64,000 nucleotides of DNA. Source: Alphaproteobacteria bacterium (GTDB lineage Bacteria > Pseudomonadota > Alphaproteobacteria > MPNO01 > UBA830). The stretch is from contig OZ251539.1 of NCBI GenBank assembly GCA_965243135.1, forward strand, positions 5,280,001 to 5,344,000, read 5' to 3'. This document shows, piece by piece, positions 40,666 through 52,167 of the stretch; the stretch's first letter is position 1, and each line of letters opens with the position of its first letter. A program made the translations under genes and the position numbers. The notes under the pieces were generated by a model that was not told where the DNA came from, searched no databases, and saw only the letters and a list, made by a program, of their open reading frames with translations.

Positions 40666-42134
40666 TGACCGAACTCGCCGGAACCGGCGTCGCCGGCGCG
40701 CGCCGCCTGCTCGGCGGGGGCGAAGCCTCGGCGCGCGAACTCGCCGAGGCCCATATCGTCCGCATGGAAGCGCGCCGCTCGCTCAACGCCTTCATCACGG
40801 AAACCCCCGAACGGGCGCTCGCCGACGCCGAAGCCTCCGACGTGCGGCGGGCGCGAGGCGACCCGCTCGGCCCGCTCGACGGCGTTCCGGTCGCGGTCAA
40901 GGACGTCTTCTGCACCGAGGGCGTCACGACCACCGCGGGTTCGCGCATCCTCGAAGGCTTCGTGCCGCCCTACGAAAGCGCGGTCACCGAGCGTCTCCGC
41001 GCCGCCGGCGCCGTTGTCCTCGGGAAGACCAACATGGACGAATTCGCCATGGGATCTTCCAACGAGACCAGCTGGTTCGGCGCCGCGCGAAATCCCTGGA
41101 GCCGCCGCGGCGACGACCGGCCGCTGGTCCCGGGAGGCTCCTCCGGCGGGTCCGCGGCGGCGGTCGCCGGCGGACTCTGCGCCGCCGCCGCGGGAACCGA
41201 CACCGGCGGGTCGATCCGCCAGCCCGCGGCCTTCTGCGGCGTCGTCGGCATGAAGCCCACCTACGGACGGTGCTCGCGCCGAGGCATCGTCGCCTTCGCC
41301 TCGTCGCTCGACCAGGCGGGCCCCATCGCCCGCAGCGTGCGCGACGCGGCGATCGTGCTGGGCGGCATGGCGGGGTTCGATCCCGGAGACTCCACCTCTG
41401 CGGACGTTCCGGCGCCGGATTTCGAGGCGGCGCTCGACGGCGGCGTGAAGGGGCTCAAAATCGGCGTCCCTGCGGAATACGCCGTCGAGGGGATGAACCC
41501 GGAGATCGCCGCGCTCTGGGAACGCGGCAGGGAATGGCTGGCGGCGGCGGGCGCCGAACCGGTCGACATCCGCCTGCCCCACACCCGCTTCGCCCTGCCG
41601 GCCTATTACATCGTCGCGCCGGCGGAAGCGTCGTCCAACCTGGCGCGCTACGACGGCGTCAGGTACGGGCTCCGCGAGAACGCGGCCGACGTCGCCGGAC
41701 TGTACGCGAAGACCCGCGCGGCCGGCTTCGGCGCGGAGGTCCGGCGGCGCATCCTGATCGGAACCTACGTCCTGTCGACCGGCTACTACGACGCCTATTA
41801 CCTGAAGGCGCAGAAGGTTCGGACGCTGATCGCCGGGGATTTCGCGGCGGCCTTCGAGAACTGCGACGCGATTCTGACGCCGACCACGCCGGGACCGGCC
41901 TTCGCGATGGGCGAGAAGTCGGACGATCCCGTCGCGATGTATCTGAACGACGTGCTGACGGTGCCGGCGTCCCTTGCGGGACTGCCCGCGATCTCCGTTC
42001 CGGCCGCATTGACCGGCGACGGGTTGCCGCTCGGCCTTCAGCTGATCGGCCGCGCTTTCGACGAGACGACCTTGTTCCGCGCCGCGCAGGCGCTCGAGGA
42101 GGCCGCCGGCTTCGACGCCCGGCCGGAGAAATGA
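40665..42134 (+). CDS. gatA: Asp/Glu-tRNA amidotransferase subunit A
   Basis: [42 protein letters not shown]; GTG start. Confidence 0.98.
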   Translation: MTELAGTGVAGARRLLGGGEASARELAEAHIVRMEARRSLNAFITETPERALADAEASDVRRARGDPLGPLDGVPVAVKDVFCTEGVTTTAGSRILEGFVPPYESAVTERLRAAGAVVLGKTNMDEFAMGSSNETSWFGAARNPWSRRGDDRPLVPGGSSGGSAAAVAGGLCAAAAGTDTGGSIRQPAAFCGVVGMKPTYGRCSRRGIVAFASSLDQAGPIARSVRDAAIVLGGMAGFDPGDSTSADVPAPDFEAALDGGVKGLKIGVPAEYAVEGMNPEIAALWERGREWLAAAGAEPVDIRLPHTRFALPAYYIVAPAEASSNLARYDGVRYGLRENAADVAGLYAKTRAAGFGAEVRRRILIGTYVLSTGYYDAYYLKAQKVRTLIAGDFAAAFENCDAILTPTTPGPAFAMGEKSDDPVAMYLNDVLTVPASLAGLPAISVPAALTGDGLPLGLQLIGRAFDETTLFRAAQALEEAAGFDARPEK

Positions 42135-42164
42135 CCCGGCGGCCGGCCCGCCGCGGGATCCGTC

Positions 42165-42467
42165 ATGGCGTTCGTCTGGTATTTTCTGATCCATGTCAGT
42201 CTCGGCCTCGTCGGCTGGAAGGTGTTCGCCTTCACCGGTCCGGGCGTTCTCGTCGCGGTCGCCGTCTGCGCCGGGGTGCAGGCGTGGCCGATGTACGAGA
42301 TATACCGCCTCAGCTGGCAAAAATTCGAAAGCGCGCGGCCGGCCCGCGGCGAGGCGCGCCTGCGGGAAACCCGCGCCTACTGGATCCGCATGGCCCGGCT
42401 TTACGTCTTCCGGGTCAGCGCCTTCTCGCTGCTGACGCTGTTCGTCGCATGGCTGATGCGGAGCTGA
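42165..42467 (+). CDS. Small hypothetical membrane protein between gatA and gatB
   Basis: 100-aa hydrophobic ORF that fills the gap. Confidence 0.7.
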   Translation: MAFVWYFLIHVSLGLVGWKVFAFTGPGVLVAVAVCAGVQAWPMYEIYRLSWQKFESARPARGEARLRETRAYWIRMARLYVFRVSAFSLLTLFVAWLMRS

Positions 42468-42495
42468 CGCCGCCCGCCCGCCCGGGGAACGAAAG

Positions 42496-43929
42496 ATGAT
42501 CCGGGGGAGAACGGGAGACTGGGAAGTCGTCGTCGGTCTGGAAGTGCATGCCCAGATCGCGTCGGAGTCCAAGCTCTTCTCCGGAGCGCCGACCGCGTTC
42601 GGCGGCGAGCCCAACGCGCAGGTCTCGTTGGTGGACGCGGCGATGCCCGGCATGCTTCCGGTGGTCAACGGGCGCGCCGTCGAGCTGGCGGTGCGCGCCG
42701 GGCTCGGCCTGAACGCCGAGATCAATCTCGTGTCGGTCTTCGACCGCAAGAATTACTTCTACCCCGATCTGCCGCAGGGCTATCAGATTTCGCAGTATCA
42801 CCGCCCGATCGTCGGAGCCGGCTGGATCGATCTCGACGGCGGCCGGCGGGTGGGCGTCGAGCGGCTGCATCTCGAGCAGGACGCGGGCAAGTCGGTTCAC
42901 GACCAAGATCCGCGGCGGACCCTGATCGACCTCAACCGGTCCGGCATTCCCCTGATGGAGATCGTGACCGCTCCCGACATGCGTTCCGGCGCGGAGGCGG
43001 CCGCCTGCGTGGCGAAGCTGCGTTCGATCCTGCGCTATCTCGGCGCCTGCGACGGCAACATGCAGGAGGGATCCCTGCGGGCCGACGTCAACGTGTCGAC
43101 GCGCCGTCTCGGCGACGCGCTCGGCACGCGCTGCGAGATCAAGAACGTGAATTCCGTCCGCTTCGTCCGGCTCGCGGCTGAGTTCGAGGCGCGCCGCCAG
43201 GTCGCGATTCTCGAGGACGGCGGCGTTGTCGAACAGGAAACCAGGCTGTTCGATCCCGACCGCGGCGAGACCCGGTCCATGCGCGTCAAGGAAGACGCCC
43301 ACGACTACCGGTACTTTCCCGATCCCGACTTGCCGCCGCTGGTGCTGGAACGGGAATGGGTCGAGGAAATCCGCGCCGCGTTGCCCGAACTGCCGGACGA
43401 GAAGAAGCGCCGCTTCGTCGAACGGTACGGGTTGAGCGCCGAGGACGCCGGCCTGCTCGCGGCGGAACGGGAAACGGCCGACTACTACGAGGCGGCGACG
43501 AAAGGGCGCGATCCCGCGGTCGCGGCGAACTGGGTGACGGGAACCCTGTTCGGCGCGCTCAACCGCGCCGGGGTCTCCGTCCGGGAAACGCCGGTCCCGC
43601 CCGAGCGCCTCGGCGCGCTGATCGACCTGGTGACCGACGGCACGGTGTCGAACCGCCTCGCGAAGGACGTGTTCGAGATCATGTTCGAGACCGGCGGCGA
43701 TCCGGCGCGGATCGTCGCGGAACGCGGCATGGTCCAGGTCAGCGACGCCGGCGCCATCGAGCAGGTCGTCGACGAAATCGTCGCCGGAGCGCCGGAACAG
43801 GCGGCGCAGTTCCGGGCGGGAAACGAAAAAGTGATCGGATGGTTCGTCGGTCAGGCGATGAAGGCGACCGGCGGCAAGGCCAATCCGAAGGTGGTGAACG
43901 GCATATTGCGGCGGAAGCTCGCGGGCTGA
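42496..43929 (+). CDS. gatB: Asp/Glu-tRNA amidotransferase subunit B
   Basis: [44 protein letters not shown]. Confidence 0.98.
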   Translation: MIRGRTGDWEVVVGLEVHAQIASESKLFSGAPTAFGGEPNAQVSLVDAAMPGMLPVVNGRAVELAVRAGLGLNAEINLVSVFDRKNYFYPDLPQGYQISQYHRPIVGAGWIDLDGGRRVGVERLHLEQDAGKSVHDQDPRRTLIDLNRSGIPLMEIVTAPDMRSGAEAAACVAKLRSILRYLGACDGNMQEGSLRADVNVSTRRLGDALGTRCEIKNVNSVRFVRLAAEFEARRQVAILEDGGVVEQETRLFDPDRGETRSMRVKEDAHDYRYFPDPDLPPLVLEREWVEEIRAALPELPDEKKRRFVERYGLSAEDAGLLAAERETADYYEAATKGRDPAVAANWVTGTLFGALNRAGVSVRETPVPPERLGALIDLVTDGTVSNRLAKDVFEIMFETGGDPARIVAERGMVQVSDAGAIEQVVDEIVAGAPEQAAQFRAGNEKVIGWFVGQAMKATGGKANPKVVNGILRRKLAG

Positions 43930-44014
43930 GAACGGACGGAATTCCGCCCGGCCGGGAAACGCGATAGATTGCCGTCTTGCGGACGCACGACAACCAACGC
44001 AGGGAAGCGCGAAC

Positions 44015-44740
44015 ATGCTCGACGTATACACGTGGCCCACGCCCAACGGGCACAAGGTGCACATCATGCTCCACGAGGCCGGACTGGAGCACAACATCGT
44101 TCCGGTCAACATCCAGGAAGGCGAGCAGTTCGCGCCGGATTTCCTGAAGATCAGCCCCAACAACAAGATGCCGGCGCTCGTCGATAGCGACGGGCCGGGC
44201 GGGCAGCCGATCTCCGTGTTCGAATCCGCGGCGATCCTTATCTATCTGGCGGAAAAGACCGGCCGGTTCCTGCCTCGCGACGGAAGCGGGCGCTACGACG
44301 TCCTGCAGTGGCTCATGTTCCAGATGGGATCCGTCGGACCGATGCTGGGACAGGCCCATCATTTCCACGCCTACGCCCCGGAACGCGTCGAACGCGGCAA
44401 GCTTCAGTACGGAATCGACCGCTACGTCAACGAAGCCAATCGAATCTACGGCGTCGTCGACCGGCGGCTCGCCGACAGGGAATGGATCGCGGCCGGCGAA
44501 TACACCATAGCCGACATGGCCATCATGCCGTGGCTTCGGGATCCGGCGAAGCAGGGAGTCGAGATTTCGGGATATCCCAACCTCCGGCGCTGGCGCGACC
44601 GGATATGGGAGCGCCCGGCGGTCGCCGCCGCCCTGGAAACGCTCAGCGATCGCCGCCGCAAGGACAACACGCACTCGGACAAGGCTTGGGAGATCATGTA
44701 CGGCAAGACCCAGGTCGGGCAGGGGCAGGCGGCGGAATAG
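44015..44740 (+). CDS. Nu-class GST / GSH-dependent disulfide oxidoreductase (YfcG-like)
   Basis: WPTPNGHK, ISPNNKMPA, FESAAILIYLAEK, QWLMFQMG..GPMLGQAHHF. Confidence 0.92.
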   Translation: MLDVYTWPTPNGHKVHIMLHEAGLEHNIVPVNIQEGEQFAPDFLKISPNNKMPALVDSDGPGGQPISVFESAAILIYLAEKTGRFLPRDGSGRYDVLQWLMFQMGSVGPMLGQAHHFHAYAPERVERGKLQYGIDRYVNEANRIYGVVDRRLADREWIAAGEYTIADMAIMPWLRDPAKQGVEISGYPNLRRWRDRIWERPAVAAALETLSDRRRKDNTHSDKAWEIMYGKTQVGQGQAAE

Positions 44741-44843
44741 CCGCCGCCGTCCCGCTTTCCGGCCGGCGCGCCGGCGCGTCCCGCCTCGGTCCCGTGGCCG
44801 GCTTCGCCGCGCTTCAACCGAACGAACCTTGAAGGAAGACGAA

Positions 44844-45470
44844 ATGATCGATCTATACAACTGGCATACCTCGAACGGGCGAAAGCTGTTCGTCATGCTC
44901 GAGGAACTCGGCGCGGAATACCGGACGCACGCCGTCAACATCATGAAGAACGAGCAGTTCGCGCCGGAATTCCTGGCCATCAATCCCAACGGCAAGATCC
45001 CGGCGATGATCGACCAAGACGGTCCGGGCGGAGAGCCCTTCGCGCTGTTCGAGTCGGGCGCCATGCTCATGTATCTCGCCGACAAGCACGGCAGGTTCAT
45101 CCCGCCGGTCGAGGACGCCCGGAACCGCCACGTCGTCATCCAGTGGCTGATGTTTCAGATGGGCGGAATCGGTCCGATGTTCGGTCAGGCGCATCATTTC
45201 CGCCGGGCCGACACGAAGGTCGAGTACGGCATCGAGCGCTACACGAAAGAGACGCGGCGGCTGTGGGGCGTGCTCGACGCGCACCTCGCCGGCAACGAGT
45301 GGATGCACGGGGATTATTCCATCGCCGACATGGCGATCTTTCCGTGGACGGCGCGCCACGAGTGGCAGGGAATCGCGCTCGGCGAATTTCCCAACGTCCG
45401 GCGGTGGTACGAAACGATTGCCGCGCGGCCTGCGGTCGCCAAGGCGATGGCGATCAATCTCGCGGCCTGA
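44844..45470 (+). CDS. Second YfcG-like GST
   Basis: TSNGRK, INPNGKIPA, FESGAMLMYLA, QWLMFQMGGIGPMFGQAHHF. Confidence 0.92.
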   Translation: MIDLYNWHTSNGRKLFVMLEELGAEYRTHAVNIMKNEQFAPEFLAINPNGKIPAMIDQDGPGGEPFALFESGAMLMYLADKHGRFIPPVEDARNRHVVIQWLMFQMGGIGPMFGQAHHFRRADTKVEYGIERYTKETRRLWGVLDAHLAGNEWMHGDYSIADMAIFPWTARHEWQGIALGEFPNVRRWYETIAARPAVAKAMAINLAA

Positions 45471-45517
45471 AAACGGCCGCCCTCACGGCTGGGCCGCGCT
45501 GCGGAGGAGGAACGGCG

Positions 45518-47218
45518 ATGAAGAACGTTCAGGACGGCGGCGAAGCGATTCTGGAGGCGTTTCGGCGGCTCGGCGTCGACTACGTCATGGCCTCGCCGGG
45601 CTCCGAATGGGGCGCCGTGTGGGAAGCCTTCGCCCGCCAGGACGCGGCCGCCGCGGCGGGGCCGGCCTATCTGAGTTGCGCGCACGAAACTCTCGCGGTC
45701 AATCTGGCGATGGGATACACGCTGATGACCGGACGCATGCAGGCCGTGATGCTGCACACCGGCGTCGGACTTCTGCAAGGTTCGATCGGCATCGACGCGG
45801 CGAACCGTCAGGCCGTCCCGATGGTGGTCGTTTCCGGCGAGTCGTTGACCTACGGCGAGCAGGACGGCTTCAATCCCGGCCCGCAATGGCAGGGAGTTCT
45901 CAGCGTCGTCGGCGGGCCGCACAAGCTGGTCGATTCCATTTCGAAATGGTCGCATCCGGTCAGCAGTCCGCACACGCTGCACGAGCAACTCGTCCGCGCC
46001 GGCGAAATGGCGCAGCGTTCGCCGGCCGGCCCGATCTTCATGTCGGTGCCGATCGAAACCATGCTGCATGAATGGACGCCGCCGCAGGATCCCCGCAAGG
46101 TGCCGTCCGCGCCGCGGCCTCAGGCTCCCGAAGAGGACGTCGACCGCGTCGCCGGGCTGCTCGTGGCGAGCGAAGCGCCCGTCATCGTGGCCGAATCGAT
46201 CGGCCGCGACCCCGAGGGTTACGAGGCGCTCGTCTCCCTGGCGGAACTGCTCGCCATCCCGGTCTACGATTCTTCCTGGATGGATTTCACGAATTTCCCC
46301 AAGGAGCATCCCCTGTACCAGGGGGTCGGCCAGCCCGAGAATCTGCACGAAGCCGACCTCGTGCTCACGCTGCGGTCGCGGGCGCCTTGGTGGCCGCCCG
46401 GCAACCGCCCGCGAAGGGCGACCGTGGTCAACATCGACGAAACGCCGTTTCGCTCCCATATGGTGCACCAGAACCTGCAGGCCGACGTCTTCCTCGAAGG
46501 GGATGCGCCGGCGACCCTGCGCGGGTTGATCGGCAAGGCGCGGGAAAAGGGCGTGGACGCAGCCGCCGTCGCCGCCCGGCGCGACCGCTGGTCCCGAGCG
46601 CACGACGCGCTCGCGGCGGCCCGCGAGGCGAAGGCGGAGGAAGCGCAACGGCAGGAAACGATAAGTCCGGTCGGGCTTTGCGCGGCGCTGAGCCGCGCGT
46701 TGCCGGACGACGCGGTCTACATCGAGGAAACGATCACGCACCGCAGAACCCTCGTCGAGCATCTCGCGTACAGGGGGCCGTTGAGCTTTTTCAGCCTGGC
46801 GTCCGGCGGTCTCGGGCAGGGGCTCGGGCTCGCTCTCGGCGCCAAGCTGGCGCTGAAGGAACGTCCGGTCGTATCGGTGATCGGCGACGGTTCGTTCATG
46901 TACAACCCCGTGACGCAGAGCCTCGCGCTCTCCCGTCACGAGGAACTGCCCGTGATGATCGTCATCTTCAACAACGGCGGATATTCGGCGATGCGCAAGG
47001 AGCATCACGCCTTCTATCCCGACGGCGTCGCGGCGGCCGCGAACAGTTCCCACGGTCATCGCATCACGGAGTTCGATTACGCGGAACTCGCGCGGCCGTT
47101 CGGGTTTCACGGACGGCGGGTCGAGAAGACGGCGGAGCTGGCGCCGGCTTTGGAAGAAGGGCTGGCCGCGGTAGAAGAGGGCCGCACCTCGATTCTCAAC
47201 GTCGTTCTGGACGAATAG
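45518..47218 (+). CDS. Thiamine-pyrophosphate-dependent enzyme (acetolactate synthase/decarboxylase superfamily)
   Basis: GGAGG RBS; HETLAV, GDGSFMY...IFNNGGY TPP motif. Confidence 0.92.
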   Translation: MKNVQDGGEAILEAFRRLGVDYVMASPGSEWGAVWEAFARQDAAAAAGPAYLSCAHETLAVNLAMGYTLMTGRMQAVMLHTGVGLLQGSIGIDAANRQAVPMVVVSGESLTYGEQDGFNPGPQWQGVLSVVGGPHKLVDSISKWSHPVSSPHTLHEQLVRAGEMAQRSPAGPIFMSVPIETMLHEWTPPQDPRKVPSAPRPQAPEEDVDRVAGLLVASEAPVIVAESIGRDPEGYEALVSLAELLAIPVYDSSWMDFTNFPKEHPLYQGVGQPENLHEADLVLTLRSRAPWWPPGNRPRRATVVNIDETPFRSHMVHQNLQADVFLEGDAPATLRGLIGKAREKGVDAAAVAARRDRWSRAHDALAAAREAKAEEAQRQETISPVGLCAALSRALPDDAVYIEETITHRRTLVEHLAYRGPLSFFSLASGGLGQGLGLALGAKLALKERPVVSVIGDGSFMYNPVTQSLALSRHEELPVMIVIFNNGGYSAMRKEHHAFYPDGVAAAANSSHGHRITEFDYAELARPFGFHGRRVEKTAELAPALEEGLAAVEEGRTSILNVVLDE

Positions 47219-47553
47219 CTTTCCGGGCATTGACGCAACGGGTGGAACGGCCAGTGCTTTACCCCTATCGACTCCGATCCGCCGCCGCGATTGCGCGAAG
47301 ATGGGCTCGCGGTCTACGGCTTCGGCGAGCGGAAGAGCCCGAAAGCGGATCGCCGCGCCGCGGCTGGCGAAGCAGGAATCTTCGAGAAAGGCCGTGAAGC
47401 ATTGCGATCATGCCCGGCGATGGCAGCGCATAGCGGTTGAATGCGGCGGACGCGGTGCTCCTGACGATTCGTCGGGGCGAGCTTGAACATTCCGCTGTTT
47501 GTTCCTATAATTAAATGCAGTGCATCTGAGAGACGGCCTTTCGGGATAAGGAG

Positions 47554-47844
47554 ATGATTCGCATAGGCATTCTGGTCTGCTTGGCCGTGTGCGTTTCGAT
47601 TGCCGCAAAAGCAGAATCGACAGTAAATCAAAATGCGGGAATATACGCTAAAGAACAGGATCTCGTGCAGAGCTTCAAGAACTGCATTGAAGACGGAAAA
47701 TCCTGGAAAATCTGTAACGATGAGGTCTTGGGGAAAAGTCGGTTGCAATTATTGTCGGCGGGAAAGAAATTACCTTCAGGGGGAAGCGTTTGGGGACCGT
47801 CCGGATTTGAAGTCTTTCTGGAGAGCTTGAGGGTGAATCGATAG
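47554..47844 (+). CDS. Small low-GC secreted hypothetical protein
   Basis: Signal peptide MIRIGILVCLAVCVSIAAKA; AAGGAG RBS; TTGAAC-N17-TATAAT promoter at 47483-47511. Confidence 0.65.
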   Translation: MIRIGILVCLAVCVSIAAKAESTVNQNAGIYAKEQDLVQSFKNCIEDGKSWKICNDEVLGKSRLQLLSAGKKLPSGGSVWGPSGFEVFLESLRVNR

Positions 47845-48479
47845 TGAAAGCGGCGCGGTTCGAAAGCGTTGTTCGGTTGGGACTAGTTGCAGTTTTTGCG
47901 GCTGCATAGCAGTGGGTTGGTTGACAGGATTAAGCGGCCCTGATCCTACGGTGCTCGCATCAATGCTTCCGGTAGGGATTTCGGCTGCCGATACGGCTAT
48001 AAAGATGCAGAATGGCAGATTCGTCGGACGAGAGAATTGCGTTCTATTGAGTTTGAGCGTGTTGATTTTCTGCGGATAATTTTATCATGGAACGGAAAAG
48101 GGCCGTAATGATAGAGATGTGGGGGCAGAGCGGACGAGTGCCAAAGCGGTGATTCTTCGTGAAATCTATTTGCGCGAGTGCTCCGAGACGGAAGCGCGCG
48201 TTAATTTGCTGTGTAACTAACCCGAGCTGCCGGCCGCACGAAACCGTTCCGCGAATCGAAGACTTTTTCGCGGCGGCGTTTGCCGTTCGAGAATTCGGGG
48301 ACGTGACGCTGAGGGCTGCCCCGTATAGCCCTGTCTTCGCGCCGCGACGCCCGAACGCGGAACGGTCATTTGGGCGAGCGGCGCGAGGCCGGGAGAACCA
48401 CCCCCAAAGTTACATGCTACGGGGTGAACAGGCACCGAATTCATGAGAGTTTGTTCTGGGAAAAGGATTCCCGCGGTCA

Positions 48480-48790
48480 GGCGACGTCCAGCGCCCGATT
48501 TTCGTTCGAGGCATGCGTTCCGGTCATCGCTCGCCGTGCCGAAGCGGCCCGACATCGCCCTGAAGGTAAGGACGTTCTGACCGCCTTCGACGCTCCGGCG
48601 CTGGCCCGCCCGTTTCATGCGCTGGTTGACCAGCACCTTGTTGGCGGCCTCCACGACGCCCGACCCAACCGGGTAACCTTTGGCCTTGAGGCTCGCGTAG
48701 CGCACCCTTGTTCTTACGGAAGAATGCAAGCTCGCGGTCAAGAATCTTGAGCGCCGGTCGCCTTGTCGCGGAGAGCGCCCGGACGACCTT
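48480..48790 (-). pseudogene. ISKra4/ISLre2-like transposase C-terminal remnant
   Basis: YASLKAKGYPVGSGVVEAANKVLVNQRMKRAG. Confidence 0.75.
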
Positions 48791-48801
48791 GCGCGGCGAC
48801 A

Positions 48802-49481
48802 GGGCGTGGACGCAGCCGCCGCCCGGTGCGACCGCCGGTTCCGAGCCCACGACGCGGTCGCAGCGGCCCGCGGGGCGAAGGCGGAAGAAGCGCAACGGCA
48901 GGAAACGATAAGCCCGGTCGGGCTCTGCGCCGCACGTTGCCGGACGATGCGGTCTACATCGAGGAAACGATTACGCACAGCGGAACCCTTGTCGAGCATC
49001 ACGCGTACGGGGGCCGTTAGGCTTTTTCAGCTCGGCGTCCGGCGGCCTCGGACAGGGCTCGGGCGCGGCTTCGGCACCAAGCTGGCGCTGAAGGAACGTC
49101 CGGTCGGTGATCGGCGACGGTTCGTTCATGTACAGTCCCGTGACGCAAAGCCTCGCGTTCCCCGTCACGGGGAGCTGCCCGTGATGGTCGTGATCTTCAA
49201 CAACGGTGGATATTCGGCGATGCGCAAGGAGCATCACGCGCTCTACCCCGACGGCGTCGCGGCGGCCGCGAACAGTTCCCACGGTCATCGCATCACGGAG
49301 TTCGATTGTGCGGAACTCGTACGGCCGTTCGAGTTTCACGGATGGCGGGTCGAGAAGACGGCGGAGCTGGCGTCGGCCTTGGAAGAAATGCCGGCTGCGG
49401 TGGAAGAGGGCCGCACCTCGATTCTCAACGTCGTTCTGGACGAATAACTTTCCGGGCGTTGACGCAACGGGTGGAACGGCC
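48802..49481 (+). pseudogene. Decayed duplicate of the 3' end of the TPP-enzyme gene and its downstream flank
   Basis: Near copy of about 46549-47252 with substitutions and frameshifting deletions; ends in the same RTSILNVVLDE. Confidence 0.92.
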
Positions 49482-49487
49482 TAGATT
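49459..49487 (+). promoter_or_regulatory. tRNA-Ser promoter
   Basis: TTGACG-N17-TAGATT. Confidence 0.7.
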
Positions 49488-49524
49488 GCGCTTTGCATAC
49501 AGCGTGTCGAGTTCCACTCCCGGC

Positions 49525-49614
49525 GGAGAGATGGCCGAGTGGCTGAAGGCGCTGGTTTGCTAAATCAGTATGCGGGTGACCGTATCGTGGGTTCGAATCC
49601 CACTCTCTCCGCCA
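49525..49614 (+). tRNA. tRNA-Ser(GCT)
   Basis: GGAGAGA/TCTCTCC acceptor stem, anticodon loop TTGCTAA, long variable arm, GGTTCGAATCC, encoded CCA. Confidence 0.97.
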
Positions 49615-49865
49615 AATCTTGTATGTCGTGCGTCGGCGTTGAAATGGGGCGCAAGCCGAAAGGTGCCGTGGCGTTCGTGCGCGAGGCTGGCGGCCTCCGG
49701 CGGCCGGCCTTGAGTTCGCTCTTCATGGCAAGCCGCGTCGTCCAGTCCGTCAAGGCGGCGATCCCTGCTTCTCGTGCCGATGACTCGAAACAGCTGTCCG
49801 CTTGTGCCGATTCTGCCTGAAACCTGTATGGTCTCCGTCGATGATGGCAAGCGTGGAGGCAGGGA

Positions 49866-50933
49866 ATGGACGACGAGCGGGCGTCACGGAGGGCGGGTGC
49901 GCGAATAGTTGAGATGCCCGGCCGTTCGTCGCGAACGAATCGCGTTGTGCACCCCGGGGGCGTTATCGAATGCCGCGACGCCTTGGCGTGCTACGATAGC
50001 TGGCCTGAGCCGACCTGCATCGTCGTCGACGGGCCTTACGGGCTGGGGAAGTTTCCCGGCGAACCGAGGACTCCCGCCGGATTGGCCGAGTGGTATGCGC
50101 CGCACGCAGCGGCTTGGTCGAAGCGCGCTCGAACGGATGCCACGCTTTGGTTCTGGTGCACCGAGGTCGGCTGGGCGTTGGTTCATTCGGTACTCGAAAT
50201 GCATGGCTGGCAGTACGAGGAATGCTGCGTGTGGGACAAGGGCGTCGCTCATGTGGCCGGCAACTGCAACAGCAAGACCATTCGCGGCGTGCCCGTCGTG
50301 ACCGAAGTCACGGTACGCTACAGCAAGCGCAACCGGTTGCCCGTCGAAGACGGAAAAATGCTGAAGATCAAGGACTGGGTGCGTCATGAGTGGCTGCGCA
50401 GCGGACTTCCGATGTCTCGCGCCAACGAAGCTTGCGGCGTAGCGAACGCTGCGACGCGGAAGTATCTGACGCAATGTCACCTCTGGTATTTTCCGCCGCC
50501 CGAAGCGATCGTTCTTATGGCCGAATACTGCTTGCGGTACGGCAGACCTACCGAGCGGCCGTATTTCTCGATCGATGGACGCGCGCCGGTGACGGAAGAG
50601 GCGTGGACGCGCTTGCGGGCCAAGTGGCATCACGTTCATGGCGTAACCAATGTTTGGCGTGAACCTGCGGTGCACGGTCGTGAGCGAATACGCACGGGGG
50701 TGGGCTATCTGCACGCCAATCAGAAGCCTCTCGCTTTGATGAGCCGGCAGATCCTGGCCTCGACGGACGAAGGCGATGCCGTATGGGAACCTTTCGGCGG
50801 CTTGTGCTCGGCGTCGATTTCGGCGTTGCAAAACCGTCGCCGCTTCTTCGCCGCCGAAGTCAATCCGGCCTATTTCGCGGTGGCGGCGCAACGCTTGGCA
50901 GAGGCCGGGGAACGAACCGAACATGCAGCCTGA
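49866..50933 (+). CDS. N4/N6 DNA methyltransferase (beta class, DGPY catalytic variant)
   Basis: CIVVDGPYG (motif IV), HANQKP, VWEPFGG (motif I), AAEVN. Confidence 0.88.
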   Translation: MDDERASRRAGARIVEMPGRSSRTNRVVHPGGVIECRDALACYDSWPEPTCIVVDGPYGLGKFPGEPRTPAGLAEWYAPHAAAWSKRARTDATLWFWCTEVGWALVHSVLEMHGWQYEECCVWDKGVAHVAGNCNSKTIRGVPVVTEVTVRYSKRNRLPVEDGKMLKIKDWVRHEWLRSGLPMSRANEACGVANAATRKYLTQCHLWYFPPPEAIVLMAEYCLRYGRPTERPYFSIDGRAPVTEEAWTRLRAKWHHVHGVTNVWREPAVHGRERIRTGVGYLHANQKPLALMSRQILASTDEGDAVWEPFGGLCSASISALQNRRRFFAAEVNPAYFAVAAQRLAEAGERTEHAA

Positions 50934-50962
50934 CGAACAGGACGTTCCCGCTTCGGGAATGG

Positions 50963-51880
50963 ATGGCGTGGCCGGGCGCGCCCGCTTACGGCCCTGACTG
51001 GCCGCATCAACGCCTATACAACAATGTTGTCAGAACGCTCTTTGCTCTGCCGGACGGCTTCAGAACTTCGCTGCGCATATCGGATTTCCGAGCGACTGAC
51101 ATCTTTACTCTGAACGCTGCTCTCGGTGCGTCCATTGAGGATGCCGTCGTCAACGGGCTTAACGGTCGTCGGGAAGCGTGGGACGCAGATGGCGAGTACA
51201 TGCTCTGGCGGTTCGAACGGCAGGCGCAGGCCTTTCCGGACGTGCGACTCGTAAAGGGCGAAGGGGATGGACAGGAGATCCTCTTGGGGATTGAGCTAAA
51301 GGGATGGTTCGCTCTGTCCAAGGAAGGTGAGCCGACGTTTCGCTACACCGTCAACCCGGAAGTTTGCGCGCCGGCCGACTTGCTGGTCGTCTTTCCGTGG
51401 GTTTTGAGCGACGTGGTCGCCGGAAGCCCCAAACTGATGAGGCCGTTCGTTTGGCCAGCCCGCGAGGTTGCCGAAAGGCGTAATTCTTATTGGCGGGAAA
51501 TGCGCGAAATGAGAGGCCGAAATGGAACGATTGTTCCTGCAAGCCACCGGGAACCATATCCTGCCGTAAAGACGGACCAATGCGCTGACCGCGCCGAGGA
51601 CGATGCCGGCAACAATTTCGGACGCGTCGCGCGTTACGGGTTGCTTGACGAATTCGTTAAGGCGACCAGAAAACAGGAAGTCTCGGGAATACCGGTTGCC
51701 GCTTGGTTGACGTTTTTCAGGCACTTCAGCGACACGAGAGGCGATCTTGACGCGGTCGTGGAGGCGAAACGGTTGGGGCGAACCTATCCGGGCGGTGAAG
51801 CCAGAGAGGAAAGGATCTTGGCTGAGCATGCCGATCACCTTGAGAGAATTGCCGCGCTTCTCGGAACGGAGCCCCAATGA
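50963..51880 (+). CDS. Putative type II restriction endonuclease (PD-(D/E)xK)
   Basis: FPDVRL...GIELKGW, directly downstream of the MTase; start uncertain. Confidence 0.7.
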   Translation: MAWPGAPAYGPDWPHQRLYNNVVRTLFALPDGFRTSLRISDFRATDIFTLNAALGASIEDAVVNGLNGRREAWDADGEYMLWRFERQAQAFPDVRLVKGEGDGQEILLGIELKGWFALSKEGEPTFRYTVNPEVCAPADLLVVFPWVLSDVVAGSPKLMRPFVWPAREVAERRNSYWREMREMRGRNGTIVPASHREPYPAVKTDQCADRAEDDAGNNFGRVARYGLLDEFVKATRKQEVSGIPVAAWLTFFRHFSDTRGDLDAVVEAKRLGRTYPGGEAREERILAEHADHLERIAALLGTEPQ

Positions 51881-52167
51881 TAGCGCGTAAGCTCATGCCG
51901 GTGGCCGCTCCGCCTCTTCCGGACCCGTTCCCACCGGTTGCCGGAGCGGAGGCGACAGGCCTGATTCCGCGTTCAGCCGCCTGATCGACGGTCATTCCCG
52001 CGACTTCCCGGTCCATGGCGCGTTGCCTCCCGCAGCTGCCGCCCGAGAGAAATCCCCGAACAAGCGAAACGACCCGGCCGCGGCCGGGCGTGTTGCTTTG
52101 CGCGCGAATTTCTGTAGAAAAGCGGCGTCGACGGGGATGGCCCCGTGCAACGAAGAAGGAGACGACA

